A stretch of 21,720 bases of DNA from assembly GCA_016840065.1 (NCBI GenBank), contig JAEOTB010000020.1:1-21720 (forward strand), written 5' to 3'. A model generated the notes under the pieces. The model was not told the DNA's origin. It was given only the letters and a program-made list of their open reading frames with translations, and did not search any database. Below, in pieces: positions 8,019 through 15,939 of this stretch (position 1 is its first letter; each line of letters starts with the position of its first letter). The stretch comes from Candidatus Hermodarchaeota archaeon (GTDB lineage Archaea; Asgardarchaeota; Hermodarchaeia; Hermodarchaeales; Hermodarchaeaceae). Both the position numbers and the translations under genes were made by a program.

Positions 8019-8080
8019 AAAAATAGGGGTCAAGGCGGGGGCTGTCCCGACGCCCATTTCTGGGTTCAGCCCGCCGCCTT
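8019..8080 (-). terminator. Structured 3' element: long stem with inner CCCA-GAAA-UGGG hairpin, followed by ACCCCTATTTTT
   Basis: Minus strand AAGGCGG-C-GGGCTG...CAGCCC-CCGCCTT. The GNRA tetraloop and the CCCC+T tail indicate minus orientation. Confidence 0.5.
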
Positions 8081-8162
8081 TTCTGTGCACTCTACCATCG
8101 GAGTTGCCACAGAGTTTTTGCGCCTTCAGTGTGATTCAGAGTTGTGTGTTGGGGGGTAAGCG

Positions 8163-8285
8163 TTAGTGTCGGGAGAGGAGGATTAGTAGTGCGCGGCGCT
8201 GGATGGGTCTTGCTCGTGGGTTGTGGCATCCGGTAAAGGCACGTTCTGCCTGGGGGGCCTTTGTGAGGTTTATTTTTTCTTTCAT
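8163..8285 (-). CDS. Small basic protein, 40 aa (MKEKINLTKAPQAERAFTGCHNPRARPIQRRALLILLSRH), below the ORF-track cutoff
   Basis: Perfect GGAGGTGA RBS (8291-8298) 5 nt before the ATG; TAA at 8163-8165. Confidence 0.45.
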   Translation of the reverse strand: MKEKINLTKAPQAERAFTGCHNPRARPIQRRALLILLSRH

Positions 8286-8430
8286 GCACATCACCTCCGT
8301 TTATGGGGTTTTACCTTCGGGTAAGGACTAGTCCGTGGGCGAATGCGTTTCGGACTTGGTGGGGGGTTTGTGTTGGTTTTCTTTGCTTTGTGTTCATTTT
8401 TGTTCATCTCATATCCTGCGTGTTTGTTCT

Positions 8431-8468
8431 CACGCTATGAGAATAGTAGTACACGCTATGATATAAAT
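8431..8468. promoter_or_regulatory. Direct repeat CACGCTATGA x2 (21-bp period) abutting a TATA box
   Basis: Repeats at 8431-8440 and 8452-8461. ATATAAAT at 8461-8468 reads ATTTATAT on the minus strand. Confidence 0.5.
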
Positions 8469-8577
8469 GTTCTGGTACAAGAGAAGATACTTGTCCATTA
8501 TGAGAAAATCAGCTAGAAAGCACCCAAAACCCCCAGAAAACAATACCCCCAAACCGGAAATCACGCAAACAACGTGA

Positions 8578-8617
8578 AAATTAAATGTCAGGTAGGAAAA
8601 CTGTATCCTACACATTA
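8578..8617 (+). promoter_or_regulatory. TATA-like AAATTAAAT plus inverted repeat GTAGGA-N8-TCCTAC upstream of the flavodoxin gene
   Basis: Inverted repeat arms at 8592-8597 and 8606-8611, flanked by AATGT/ACATT. GGAG RBS at 8621. Confidence 0.4.
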
Positions 8618-8635
8618 ACTGGAGAATGAGAACAA

Positions 8636-9094
8636 ATGACGAAAGCAGCTGTAATCACCCACTCAGTATACGGGAACACACAGAAAGTCGGTCAAGCCCT
8701 AGGAAAAGGACTCAAAGAGAAAGGCATTACCGTCGACTACTACAAGGTAGAAGACGTAGATCCAACGAAACTAATCAAGTACGATTTACTGGCATTTGGT
8801 AGTCCCACCCACGCCTTCAGACCGTCAGTGCCAATGAAAAAGTTACTCGAGAAGCTAAAGGGAACCGATGTTGAGGGCAAATGGGGCTTCGCCTTCGACA
8901 CAAAGTACAAGTCTAGGCTCGCGGGAAACGCCTCCAAGCATATCGAGAAGAAGTTAAAGAAACTCGGATTGCGAATCATACATCCAAGGGAATCAGCAAT
9001 CGTAACTGGGAAAGAAGGCCCCCTCGTAGAAGGCACCGAAGACCGATTCCGCAAAATCGGTGCTGAAATCGGAAGCCTTCTCAAACAACAATAA
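8636..9094 (+). CDS. Flavodoxin-like protein
   Basis: FMN-binding loop 'SVYGNT', 'YDLLAFGSPTH' and 'FAFDT'. Confidence 0.88.
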   Translation: MTKAAVITHSVYGNTQKVGQALGKGLKEKGITVDYYKVEDVDPTKLIKYDLLAFGSPTHAFRPSVPMKKLLEKLKGTDVEGKWGFAFDTKYKSRLAGNASKHIEKKLKKLGLRIIHPRESAIVTGKEGPLVEGTEDRFRKIGAEIGSLLKQQ

Positions 9095-9103
9095 AGCTGT
9101 GCA

Positions 9104-9958
9104 CTACTCTCCTGCTTTCTCCCATCTTATTCTTCCCAATAAAGCCTTGAGACCTGACGGAACCCGAACTTCCTTGTTGGGTTGATGGTACCATGGATGC
9201 GCGGTGAGCACAACATTCTCGTCTACTTCTAGTATGTTGAAATTCGGGCACGAGAAGAGGGATGAAACATCAAGCGAGGTCAAAGGATTTCCGGTGAGAT
9301 CAAGGTCGAGAAAGTGGTGGTGATTACTCAGTGGTGCTAGGTCAATCTGTGTTAGTTTGTTTGAGCTAAGAAGGAGAGTAAGCAGGTTGTGGCAGGTGGC
9401 TAGTGGGGAGAGGCCGATTTTGGTCAAGGCATTCTCAAATAAGGTGAGTACTCCGAAATTATCACAATGACGTAGTGGTGAGAGGTCAATTGCTTCAAGT
9501 TTATTCTTGGCGAGGAAGAGGAAGCTTAGGTGAGGGCATTCAGCCAGCGGTGAGAGGTTTATGCTAGCTAGCTCGTTTGTGGAAAGGTTCACCCCTAGCA
9601 GCTTCGTACAGTGCTGTAAGGGAGAGAGATCTACATGTGTCAATCGGTTTTCAACAAGACATAGTACCCTAAGGGCAGGGAAGGTTGCCAGCTGTGACAT
9701 ATCAAACGATTCAAAGAGGTTTCCCCCAAGGTGTAGCCGTTCAAGTTTAGGGAGAACTTCTAGGGGAGTCAAATCCAGGGTCTTCAGTCGGTTGCCGTTG
9801 AGCCAGAGACGTTGGAGATTGGAACAAGCTTGAAGTGGTGTTAAGTCGATGTGGGCAATTCCTCTACGAGACAGCTTGAGAGTAGTCACGCTCCTTGAGA
9901 TTCTACTAGTAGTCCATGCGCCATCCGCCTGTTGGTATCGAAGAATAACATCTGCCAT
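9104..9958 (-). CDS. Leucine-rich repeat protein (24-aa repeats, about 9-10 units)
   Basis: Repeats of LxxLxLxxNxLxxIDLSPLxxCxxL. Start reassigned to ATG 9958 (MADVILRY) because the longer ORF overlaps the divergent gene. Confidence 0.85.
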   Translation of the reverse strand: MADVILRYQQADGAWTTSRISRSVTTLKLSRRGIAHIDLTPLQACSNLQRLWLNGNRLKTLDLTPLEVLPKLERLHLGGNLFESFDMSQLATFPALRVLCLVENRLTHVDLSPLQHCTKLLGVNLSTNELASINLSPLAECPHLSFLFLAKNKLEAIDLSPLRHCDNFGVLTLFENALTKIGLSPLATCHNLLTLLLSSNKLTQIDLAPLSNHHHFLDLDLTGNPLTSLDVSSLFSCPNFNILEVDENVVLTAHPWYHQPNKEVRVPSGLKALLGRIRWEKAGE

Positions 9959-10059
9959 TGACGCCACTTTGGTAGCGCTGTCGAGAGGGTATCTTTTAAC
10001 TATATTCAAACGCATTGTGGGTGAGGAAAACTTGTCTAATCGTTCGAGCAGGTGGTCTA

Positions 10060-10401
10060 ATGGTGAAAGGCTTAGAGATGTATCTGAAGTATATTGACAT
10101 GTTACATGAATCCAAACATGAGATGTACATGCCAGGGAAAGACACACACAAAGTGGATTTTGGCTCGGTTAGTATCTGGATGAGCGCTGCTGGAGCAAGG
10201 GATTGTAGAGACAGCATGGTCTATGTTCACAGGGCGATTAGGAATGAGGATACGGTTATGGTGATTGCCGATTACAAGTTCGGCGAGTATTACGTCCGCT
10301 ATCTCCTTGTGGGATTATTAAATAAGCGGGGTCGTATCCAGTTGGCCATCAGACATGAACTGGTAGTGAACCTTGACTGGAAGGGCTATGAGCCCTACTA
10401 A
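10060..10401 (+). CDS. Hypothetical protein (~110 aa); start uncertain
   Basis: Globular-looking ORF filling the gap, divergent from the LRR gene; no family recognised. Confidence 0.5.
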   Translation: MVKGLEMYLKYIDMLHESKHEMYMPGKDTHKVDFGSVSIWMSAAGARDCRDSMVYVHRAIRNEDTVMVIADYKFGEYYVRYLLVGLLNKRGRIQLAIRHELVVNLDWKGYEPY

Positions 10402-10482
10402 TAAGAGAGTAGATTCCTGAAGCCATGATACTTCTCAGAAACCGAGGAGGACAACAAGTTCCTGTTCTTGCTTTTCAGAACC

Positions 10483-10671
10483 CTAGGATTTGGGTTTCCA
10501 CATTTTTCCACATTTTCTGCATTGCATTTTTCCAGCAAAAGCCGGTGAGGCTACTAAGAGGATGCCATCTCGGTCCTCTCTTTCCTTTCTTCTGTTTTCA
10601 ATCGTGTCTATCAACATGAGATGAATTGCCAGTTTCTCGCCACATTCAGGACACTCTTTTTCCTTGGACAT
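10483..10671 (-). CDS. Small zinc-ribbon protein
   Basis: CPECG...CRKCG; AGGAG RBS just before the ATG. Confidence 0.75.
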   Translation of the reverse strand: MSKEKECPECGEKLAIHLMLIDTIENRRKEREDRDGILLVASPAFAGKMQCRKCGKMWKPKS

Positions 10672-10890
10672 AATTCTCCTTTCCTATAGCAATGAGACGT
10701 GCATTGTTTGATTTTAGGCTGCGTCTCGCCAGTGTGTTGTATAATCATAGCCGATATTAAATAGAAAAACCTTTGCACTATAATAACCTGAGAAGTAAAT
10801 CCTTCTTGTTTCTGGAGGGTCGATGCCGAGACAGCAACAATTATTCATATCTGAGGGAGAAATCGGTTTACACTAATGAGGTTTTGGATT

Positions 10891-11199
10891 ATGCCACGAG
10901 TTAAGATAACTGCCATTAAGAAATTCAGTCCAGAGGAAATCTTCGGACATGAGATGCACCGACAGGATGGAAACATAATTCGCGCTTGTAGCATTGAAAT
11001 TGGCGAAGAATTCATTGTCGACAGCCACTTGAAGATGCCCGAGAACTTCTGTCCCCGCGTCTGGCATGACTATTACGGCCTGCTAATGATGTACTTTTAC
11101 GGCGGTGACATGGAGTATCCCGCCCCTGGCGTCACCTATGTACCTTGCGGCGATGGAGTACGTCCGGTGATTTTCAAGATCGAGCCGATTAAAGACTAG
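10891..11199 (+). CDS. TIGR04076-family Cys-containing protein
   Basis: 'VKITAIK', 'PENFCPRVWHD' and 'CGDGVRPVIFKIE' signature; start probably MPRVKIT. Confidence 0.8.
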   Translation: MPRVKITAIKKFSPEEIFGHEMHRQDGNIIRACSIEIGEEFIVDSHLKMPENFCPRVWHDYYGLLMMYFYGGDMEYPAPGVTYVPCGDGVRPVIFKIEPIKD

Positions 11200-11269
11200 C
11201 TTGATCCTAATTCTTGGCGTGGGTGATTGGTAGGTTATTGGTATGTTTGTGAGCCGTTCAAGGATTATA

Positions 11270-11311
11270 TTTATAAACCACACATTGGTTATCTACATAT
11301 AGGTAACTAAT
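11270..11311 (+). promoter_or_regulatory. TATA box (TTTATAAA) followed by an imperfect palindrome; candidate PadR operator
   Basis: ATTGGTTATCTACATATAGGTAACTAAT (11284-11311) has dyad symmetry and overlaps the expected transcription start. Confidence 0.55.
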
Positions 11312-11319
11312 CTATCAGA

Positions 11320-11823
11320 ATGGTGTATAAAATGCCTATCCCGCTCATGTTAGGATTCGTGAAATTCCTTCACGATTTATTCACAGCCGTTTGGATTGGT
11401 GGCCTGTTTATTTTAGGCGTCGCAATCCTCCCGTCAATCAATAGAGCCCTGGGTTCCCAACCTGAAAAGAAAGCTGTAATGGATACGATACGAAAACGCT
11501 TCAGCATCGTAGTCTACATCAGCATTCTTGGACTGCTCGTCACAGGTATAATGTTGAGCAACCGTTCCCCCCTATTCTTGGGCTACTTCAACCTCAGTAA
11601 CGAGTATTCCTTTCTACTCGCCATCAAGCACCTGCTAATCGTGTTAATGGTAGTACTTACAGTTGTGCGAAGCGTACTGCTCCCTCGATTAACAAGCCTC
11701 ACTCCACCTAGAAAGATGAAGCTAAATGGTGTCGTCCTCTTTGCTAATATCATCCTTGGACTTCTCGTTTTACTGCTCAGCGGCTTCACAGCTGCAGCCG
11801 CCTTGGCCCCTAGCCCACCTTAA
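11320..11823 (+). CDS. CopD-like four-TM membrane protein
   Basis: 'FLHDLFTAVWIGG', 'LLVTGI' and 'LAIKHLL'; four hydrophobic helices. Confidence 0.75.
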   Translation: MVYKMPIPLMLGFVKFLHDLFTAVWIGGLFILGVAILPSINRALGSQPEKKAVMDTIRKRFSIVVYISILGLLVTGIMLSNRSPLFLGYFNLSNEYSFLLAIKHLLIVLMVVLTVVRSVLLPRLTSLTPPRKMKLNGVVLFANIILGLLVLLLSGFTAAAALAPSPP

Positions 11824-11869
11824 ATATATCAACATGTAACTCCCTTATCAAAAATGTAGGAGTTATTGA

Positions 11870-12277
11870 ATGCCCAGCCGTACCCCCAAGCCGAAAGAAT
11901 CTAAGCGACCAGGATCAGCAGTATCCGACATAGCAACAACCTCTTCCACTAACCCTCTAGAGCCCTTGCCCATCGTTCGAGCACTACTGCTAGCCCTTCT
12001 TCAAGCAAATCCCGGTTCGTCAGGTTATGACTTGATGAAGCTTGTACGGCAAAGCACACACGACACAGTTGAACTGAAGTCGGGTACTGTGTATCCAGAG
12101 CTGAAAAGACTAGAACGAGATGGATTGGTGACTTCCATACAAGAAGGCGAAAGGCGGAAGAGGAGAAGCTATCAGCTCACAGCAAAAGGGAGAGAAGAAC
12201 TTAAGCAACTCCTGCACCAAGTACAGTTCAGAATCCGAAACATCCTACAACCACTCATCAACATCATAGAAACATGA
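11870..12277 (+). CDS. PadR-family transcriptional regulator
   Basis: 'SGYDLMK...GTVYPELKRLERDGLV...RRKRRSYQLTAKG'. Confidence 0.92.
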   Translation: MPSRTPKPKESKRPGSAVSDIATTSSTNPLEPLPIVRALLLALLQANPGSSGYDLMKLVRQSTHDTVELKSGTVYPELKRLERDGLVTSIQEGERRKRRSYQLTAKGREELKQLLHQVQFRIRNILQPLINIIET

Positions 12278-12306
12278 ATCACTAATTCTTTGCCTACTAC
12301 AGTGAG

Positions 12307-12795
12307 GTGATACCCATAACTAGAACACCGAATCGCCAGTATCTTTTCAGCCAGATTCTTCCCCAGGTCAAGGAGATTCTAGCTGGTTCAGATACCACAG
12401 AGGAGAAGCTTCTAGCTCTCTGTCAGGTTCTCCATTCAGGGGTGAACTGGTTTGATTGGGTAGGCTTCTATCTAGTTGACCCAGAGACTCCCCGGACGCT
12501 AGTGCTGGGCCCATACGTGGGGGCACCCACAGACCATGTTCGCATCCCCTTTGGTCAAGGGATTTGTGGACAGGCTGCGGAACGCCAGGAAACCTTCATG
12601 GTGGATGATGTTTCTGAGGAACCCAATTATCTTGCCTGTAGCCTTCATGTGAAATCAGAGATTGTTGTGCCTATCTTCAAAGATGGCGAGTTTGTGGGGG
12701 AGCTTGATATCGACTCCCATACCGTTGAAGCCTTCAACAAAAAGGACCAGGCATTCCTCGAGACGATTTGTGAACTCATCAGTGCTATCCTGTAG
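12307..12795 (+). CDS. msrC: GAF-domain free methionine-(R)-sulfoxide reductase-like protein (two-Cys type)
   Basis: 'WVGFY', 'LGPYVG', 'GICG', 'YLACS...SEIVVP' and 'LDIDS'. The first Cys of three-Cys fRMsr is replaced (PTDHVRI). Confidence 0.75.
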   Translation: MIPITRTPNRQYLFSQILPQVKEILAGSDTTEEKLLALCQVLHSGVNWFDWVGFYLVDPETPRTLVLGPYVGAPTDHVRIPFGQGICGQAAERQETFMVDDVSEEPNYLACSLHVKSEIVVPIFKDGEFVGELDIDSHTVEAFNKKDQAFLETICELISAIL

Positions 12796-12903
12796 ACACT
12801 AATGCTCCCTTTTATAGCGGGGCACTTGTTGTTGTGTTCAATCTTTATTCTATTCATCACGTGTTTCAGCAAATTAATATATACGAGGGAGCATTGAGGA
12901 TGT

Positions 12904-13473
12904 TTGAGGGTAGGTATTTTGAAGAGTTCGATGCCGGCTAATTGGACTGAACAGCTCACAGCCATCATTCTCCTCTTTGGTATAGGACTATCTTGTTTTC
13001 CCTTAGGTTTAGTGATTGAATGTGTCTTCAGACCTGATTACCAGATTTATACTTATAATGGGCCTTTTGAAGCGGATCTTTCTGCTTCCACTCCGATGGT
13101 GAATCTATCCCTTTGGAGGTGCTACAAGATTGAAATCGAAGCCAGTGCGGAGGATTTTTCGCTTGTGACGATTCGAATATTGAATGCTGCTTCCGCGGTG
13201 GTTCTTAGTATTCCTCCCCTAGCCGATAACAATGAAACAGGTTCCTTTACGGTTATGCTGGAACGTGACGTTGAGACGGAGCTTACAATGGAAATCGAGT
13301 GGATTGGACAACCCCTTCTCTTTCAATGCTACATAATTGCTTATACCCATTGGGGACCTGTTTATATGCGGATTCCAGCTTTTGAATTCTGGTGGCTGCT
13401 TGGGTCTCTACTTATTATTGTGGGGTTTGGTCTAGCCATACATTTCGTTAAACGCACAAAGGCATGGTATTAA
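12904..13473 (+). CDS. Hypothetical membrane protein (N- and C-terminal TM helices around a beta-rich domain)
   Basis: Two hydrophobic segments and a basic C-terminal tail; start uncertain. Confidence 0.6.
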   Translation: MRVGILKSSMPANWTEQLTAIILLFGIGLSCFPLGLVIECVFRPDYQIYTYNGPFEADLSASTPMVNLSLWRCYKIEIEASAEDFSLVTIRILNAASAVVLSIPPLADNNETGSFTVMLERDVETELTMEIEWIGQPLLFQCYIIAYTHWGPVYMRIPAFEFWWLLGSLLIIVGFGLAIHFVKRTKAWY

Positions 13474-13545
13474 ATCCGACTGCAATATTAATCATCAGTG
13501 ATACCAATCGGTAAGAAATCAATGAGGGATAACTCGTGATGAGCT

Positions 13546-14556
13546 ATGCGCGTGGGCTGTTCGAGTGACTGGCACATTGACCTTAACCATTTTTGGCCCA
13601 GAGCCCTTGACCGCCTTGTTGAGCGGGTAGCACGTTTCGACCTCTTCATCTTCGCTGGTGACATGTCCCATGATAAGTACAAGTACAGAGAGTTCTGCCA
13701 TAAACTCCGAAGGGCTGCCTCAGACACCGAGATAGTCTTTGTTGTGGGGAACCATGATATCTGGCTGCTCGAGCCCCCCAAACCTCAGCGGGACCTCACC
13801 GAAGAACTTCAGCTGTACCTGGCTGGTGAGAAAGGAGACTTGGTGAAGGTAAAGAGGCAGGATATGCGGGACCGGAGGGGTTTGGCCTACCTCTTGCTCT
13901 TGGAACGGAGTCTAAGCGGTTACAAGACGGAGGCACTCAGTGCAGCCTGTATCGAGGCAGATATCCATCTACTCGATGTATGGGGACCTCTGGTGATGGG
14001 GAAGACAGCGATTGTAGGTAATTGCGGCTGGTATGACTATTCCTACCGAATCCCTGAATATGAGGTGGATATGCTTCAATACAAGGCAAAACAATTACGT
14101 GGGGGAGGTACTTGGATGGATGCCCGCTTCGCCTTCTGGGGCGCCCCAGACGAGTTGGTCTGTGAAGCAATGTTGCAGGATGTTCAAGCCCAGCTTGAGT
14201 TTCTGGAACGGGACCACCCAGAGGTTGAGAATATTATTGTAGTGAACCATCACGTACCTCATCCTTCGGGTGTGAAGGTGAAGGGTGAGATCAGCTGGGA
14301 TTTCTTCAATGCCTTCATCGGTTGCGGACGCTACTCCCAGCTCTACCAGAAGAGCTCGAGGGTACAACAAGTGATCTTCGGACACACGCACTTCCGCCAA
14401 CACTTCCAAGAAGGACATGTAAAATATTCTTGTTCTCCCTTTGGCTACCTTTCTAGAGAGGATGAGAACCCTCTAGCTCTCCGCCAGACCCTCAACGAGG
14501 GAACTGGAAATATTGAAAAGGCGCTCGACACAAAGTTCTTTGAATTTAACATCTAG
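13546..14556 (+). CDS. Calcineurin-like metallophosphoesterase
   Basis: SDWH, AGD, GNHD, HHVP and GHTH motifs; 'GWYDYS' subfamily motif. Confidence 0.9.
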   Translation: MRVGCSSDWHIDLNHFWPRALDRLVERVARFDLFIFAGDMSHDKYKYREFCHKLRRAASDTEIVFVVGNHDIWLLEPPKPQRDLTEELQLYLAGEKGDLVKVKRQDMRDRRGLAYLLLLERSLSGYKTEALSAACIEADIHLLDVWGPLVMGKTAIVGNCGWYDYSYRIPEYEVDMLQYKAKQLRGGGTWMDARFAFWGAPDELVCEAMLQDVQAQLEFLERDHPEVENIIVVNHHVPHPSGVKVKGEISWDFFNAFIGCGRYSQLYQKSSRVQQVIFGHTHFRQHFQEGHVKYSCSPFGYLSREDENPLALRQTLNEGTGNIEKALDTKFFEFNI

Positions 14557-14559
14557 GGC

Positions 14560-15312
14560 GTGGATGATTTGATTTTCTGGTTTATCGCTGGGTTCCTTCT
14601 GTTGGTTTTTCTCCTCCTCAATGTGATGTGTAGACGTCAGGTTGTGCCCCGTAAGCTCAGCTTTGAAGGGATTGAGCCTCCTGGTGCGGTGCAGGCTTTC
14701 GATACCTTTAGCCGTCTTCTTCCTCCCTTCAGGATCCTCCGTCTCCTTTTCTCACGAGAGCTAAAGCGGTATAGCCCACAGGGAACCCTAGTGGATGCTG
14801 GTTGTGGTCCTGGTTACCTTATTCTGCTTATCGCACGGCAGTTCCCTCACCTCCGAATCATTGGAGTCGATATTGCCCAGAGCATGGTGAATGCAGCCAC
14901 ACATAACATTGCAGTAAGGGGGTTAACTGAAAGGATTGATTTACGGCAAGGCGATATCCATAAGCTTCCGTTTAAGGCCAAATCCTTAGACTTTATAGTG
15001 TCCACCCTTGCTCTTCATCACTGGGAGCGTCCCTCCAAAGCCTTTCGGGAAATTTATCGTGTTCTAAAACCTGGGGGTCAGTTTCTAATCTTTGATTTTC
15101 GCCGGGATACTAGGGGCTTGGTGTATTGGTTCCTCTGGTTCATTACGAACCGCATAGCCCCCAAGCCGCTCCGTCAGGTCCAAGAGCCCTTTAGTTCCCT
15201 ACAATCAGCCTACACAGTTGCAGAGGTTCAGGACTTCCTCCAGGATTCACCCTTCCATTATCGGGTGGTGAAGCCCAGTGTTGCTTGGATGTTTGTCCAC
15301 GGAAAGAGGTAG
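14560..15312 (+). CDS. Class I SAM-dependent methyltransferase (UbiE-like) with N-terminal TM helix
   Basis: 'VDAGCGPG', 'GVDIAQSM', 'LPF', 'ALHHW' and 'RVLKPGG'. Confidence 0.9.
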   Translation: MDDLIFWFIAGFLLLVFLLLNVMCRRQVVPRKLSFEGIEPPGAVQAFDTFSRLLPPFRILRLLFSRELKRYSPQGTLVDAGCGPGYLILLIARQFPHLRIIGVDIAQSMVNAATHNIAVRGLTERIDLRQGDIHKLPFKAKSLDFIVSTLALHHWERPSKAFREIYRVLKPGGQFLIFDFRRDTRGLVYWFLWFITNRIAPKPLRQVQEPFSSLQSAYTVAEVQDFLQDSPFHYRVVKPSVAWMFVHGKR

Positions 15313-15336
15313 GGTGAGAGCTACCAATAGTCTCTG

Positions 15337-15879
15337 CTACCTTCCTCGTAGATGAGTACCCAGCGACCAGTATTGACCTACCAATGGATTGTATGTGATT
15401 AACCTCATCTTGGCGATGTCAGGTTCACCGTCTTCGTCGAGAACCTTGTCGTCTATGTGCCAGGCTAGGACCTCACCTACGAAGAGATGATGGGCACCCA
15501 GCTCGATGACCTGAAGGGTCTTGCACTCGATGTTGAGTGGGCACTCCTTTATCCTTGGTGATGTGACTTTGCTGGAGGGTTCTGGTGTCAAATTGCAGGT
15601 AGCGAATTTGTCAATGGAGCGACCCGACTTTGTGCCGCAGGTAATGACGGCTTCGAGGAGGTCTTCGGAGGGGACGTTTACAACAAAGTCACCAATCTGC
15701 TCAAGAAGGCCAAAGCTGTGACGGTTGGGTCGTACACCGATGGCAATTTGAGGGGGTTTGGAGCAGACATTGGCAACCCAGGAAAGCGTGATAATGTTTG
15801 CGCCCATTTCGTTTCCCACGCTGACCAAGACAGCGGGGCAGGGAACTAGAACGGTTGCAGGTTTGTGCTCTTGCTTCAT
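15337..15879 (-). CDS. Flavin reductase / flavoredoxin-family protein
   Basis: 'PCPAVLVS', 'GDFVVNVP', 'CGTKSGR', 'PRIKECPLNIEC' and 'HHLFVGEV'. Confidence 0.9.
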   Translation of the reverse strand: MKQEHKPATVLVPCPAVLVSVGNEMGANIITLSWVANVCSKPPQIAIGVRPNRHSFGLLEQIGDFVVNVPSEDLLEAVITCGTKSGRSIDKFATCNLTPEPSSKVTSPRIKECPLNIECKTLQVIELGAHHLFVGEVLAWHIDDKVLDEDGEPDIAKMRLITYNPLVGQYWSLGTHLRGR

Positions 15880-15939
15880 ATTGACATCTCTGTTTGCTAC
15901 TAGCGGATAAGTCTTTTATTCGCCGACACAACTAGGTGT

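Noticed and set aside
8032-8080. Archaeal SECIS element (GAA-CCC...GGG-A on the minus strand)
   Set aside because: An extra base breaks the GAA/A geometry, CCCA pairs better with UGGG around GAAA, and no convincing UGA-containing selenoprotein lies upstream.
8332-8352. HEPN RNase motif RNAFAHG in the 28-aa ORF
   Set aside because: The ORF is far too short for a HEPN fold and no flanking remnant is evident.
8330-8360. Hammerhead ribozyme (GTCCGAAAC on the minus strand)
   Set aside because: No CUGANGA core in the required position.
7780-8570. Replication origin (G-strings and skew switch)
   Set aside because: No ORB-like TCCA..GAA dyads next to the G runs and no orc1/cdc6 nearby; divergent transcription explains the skew.
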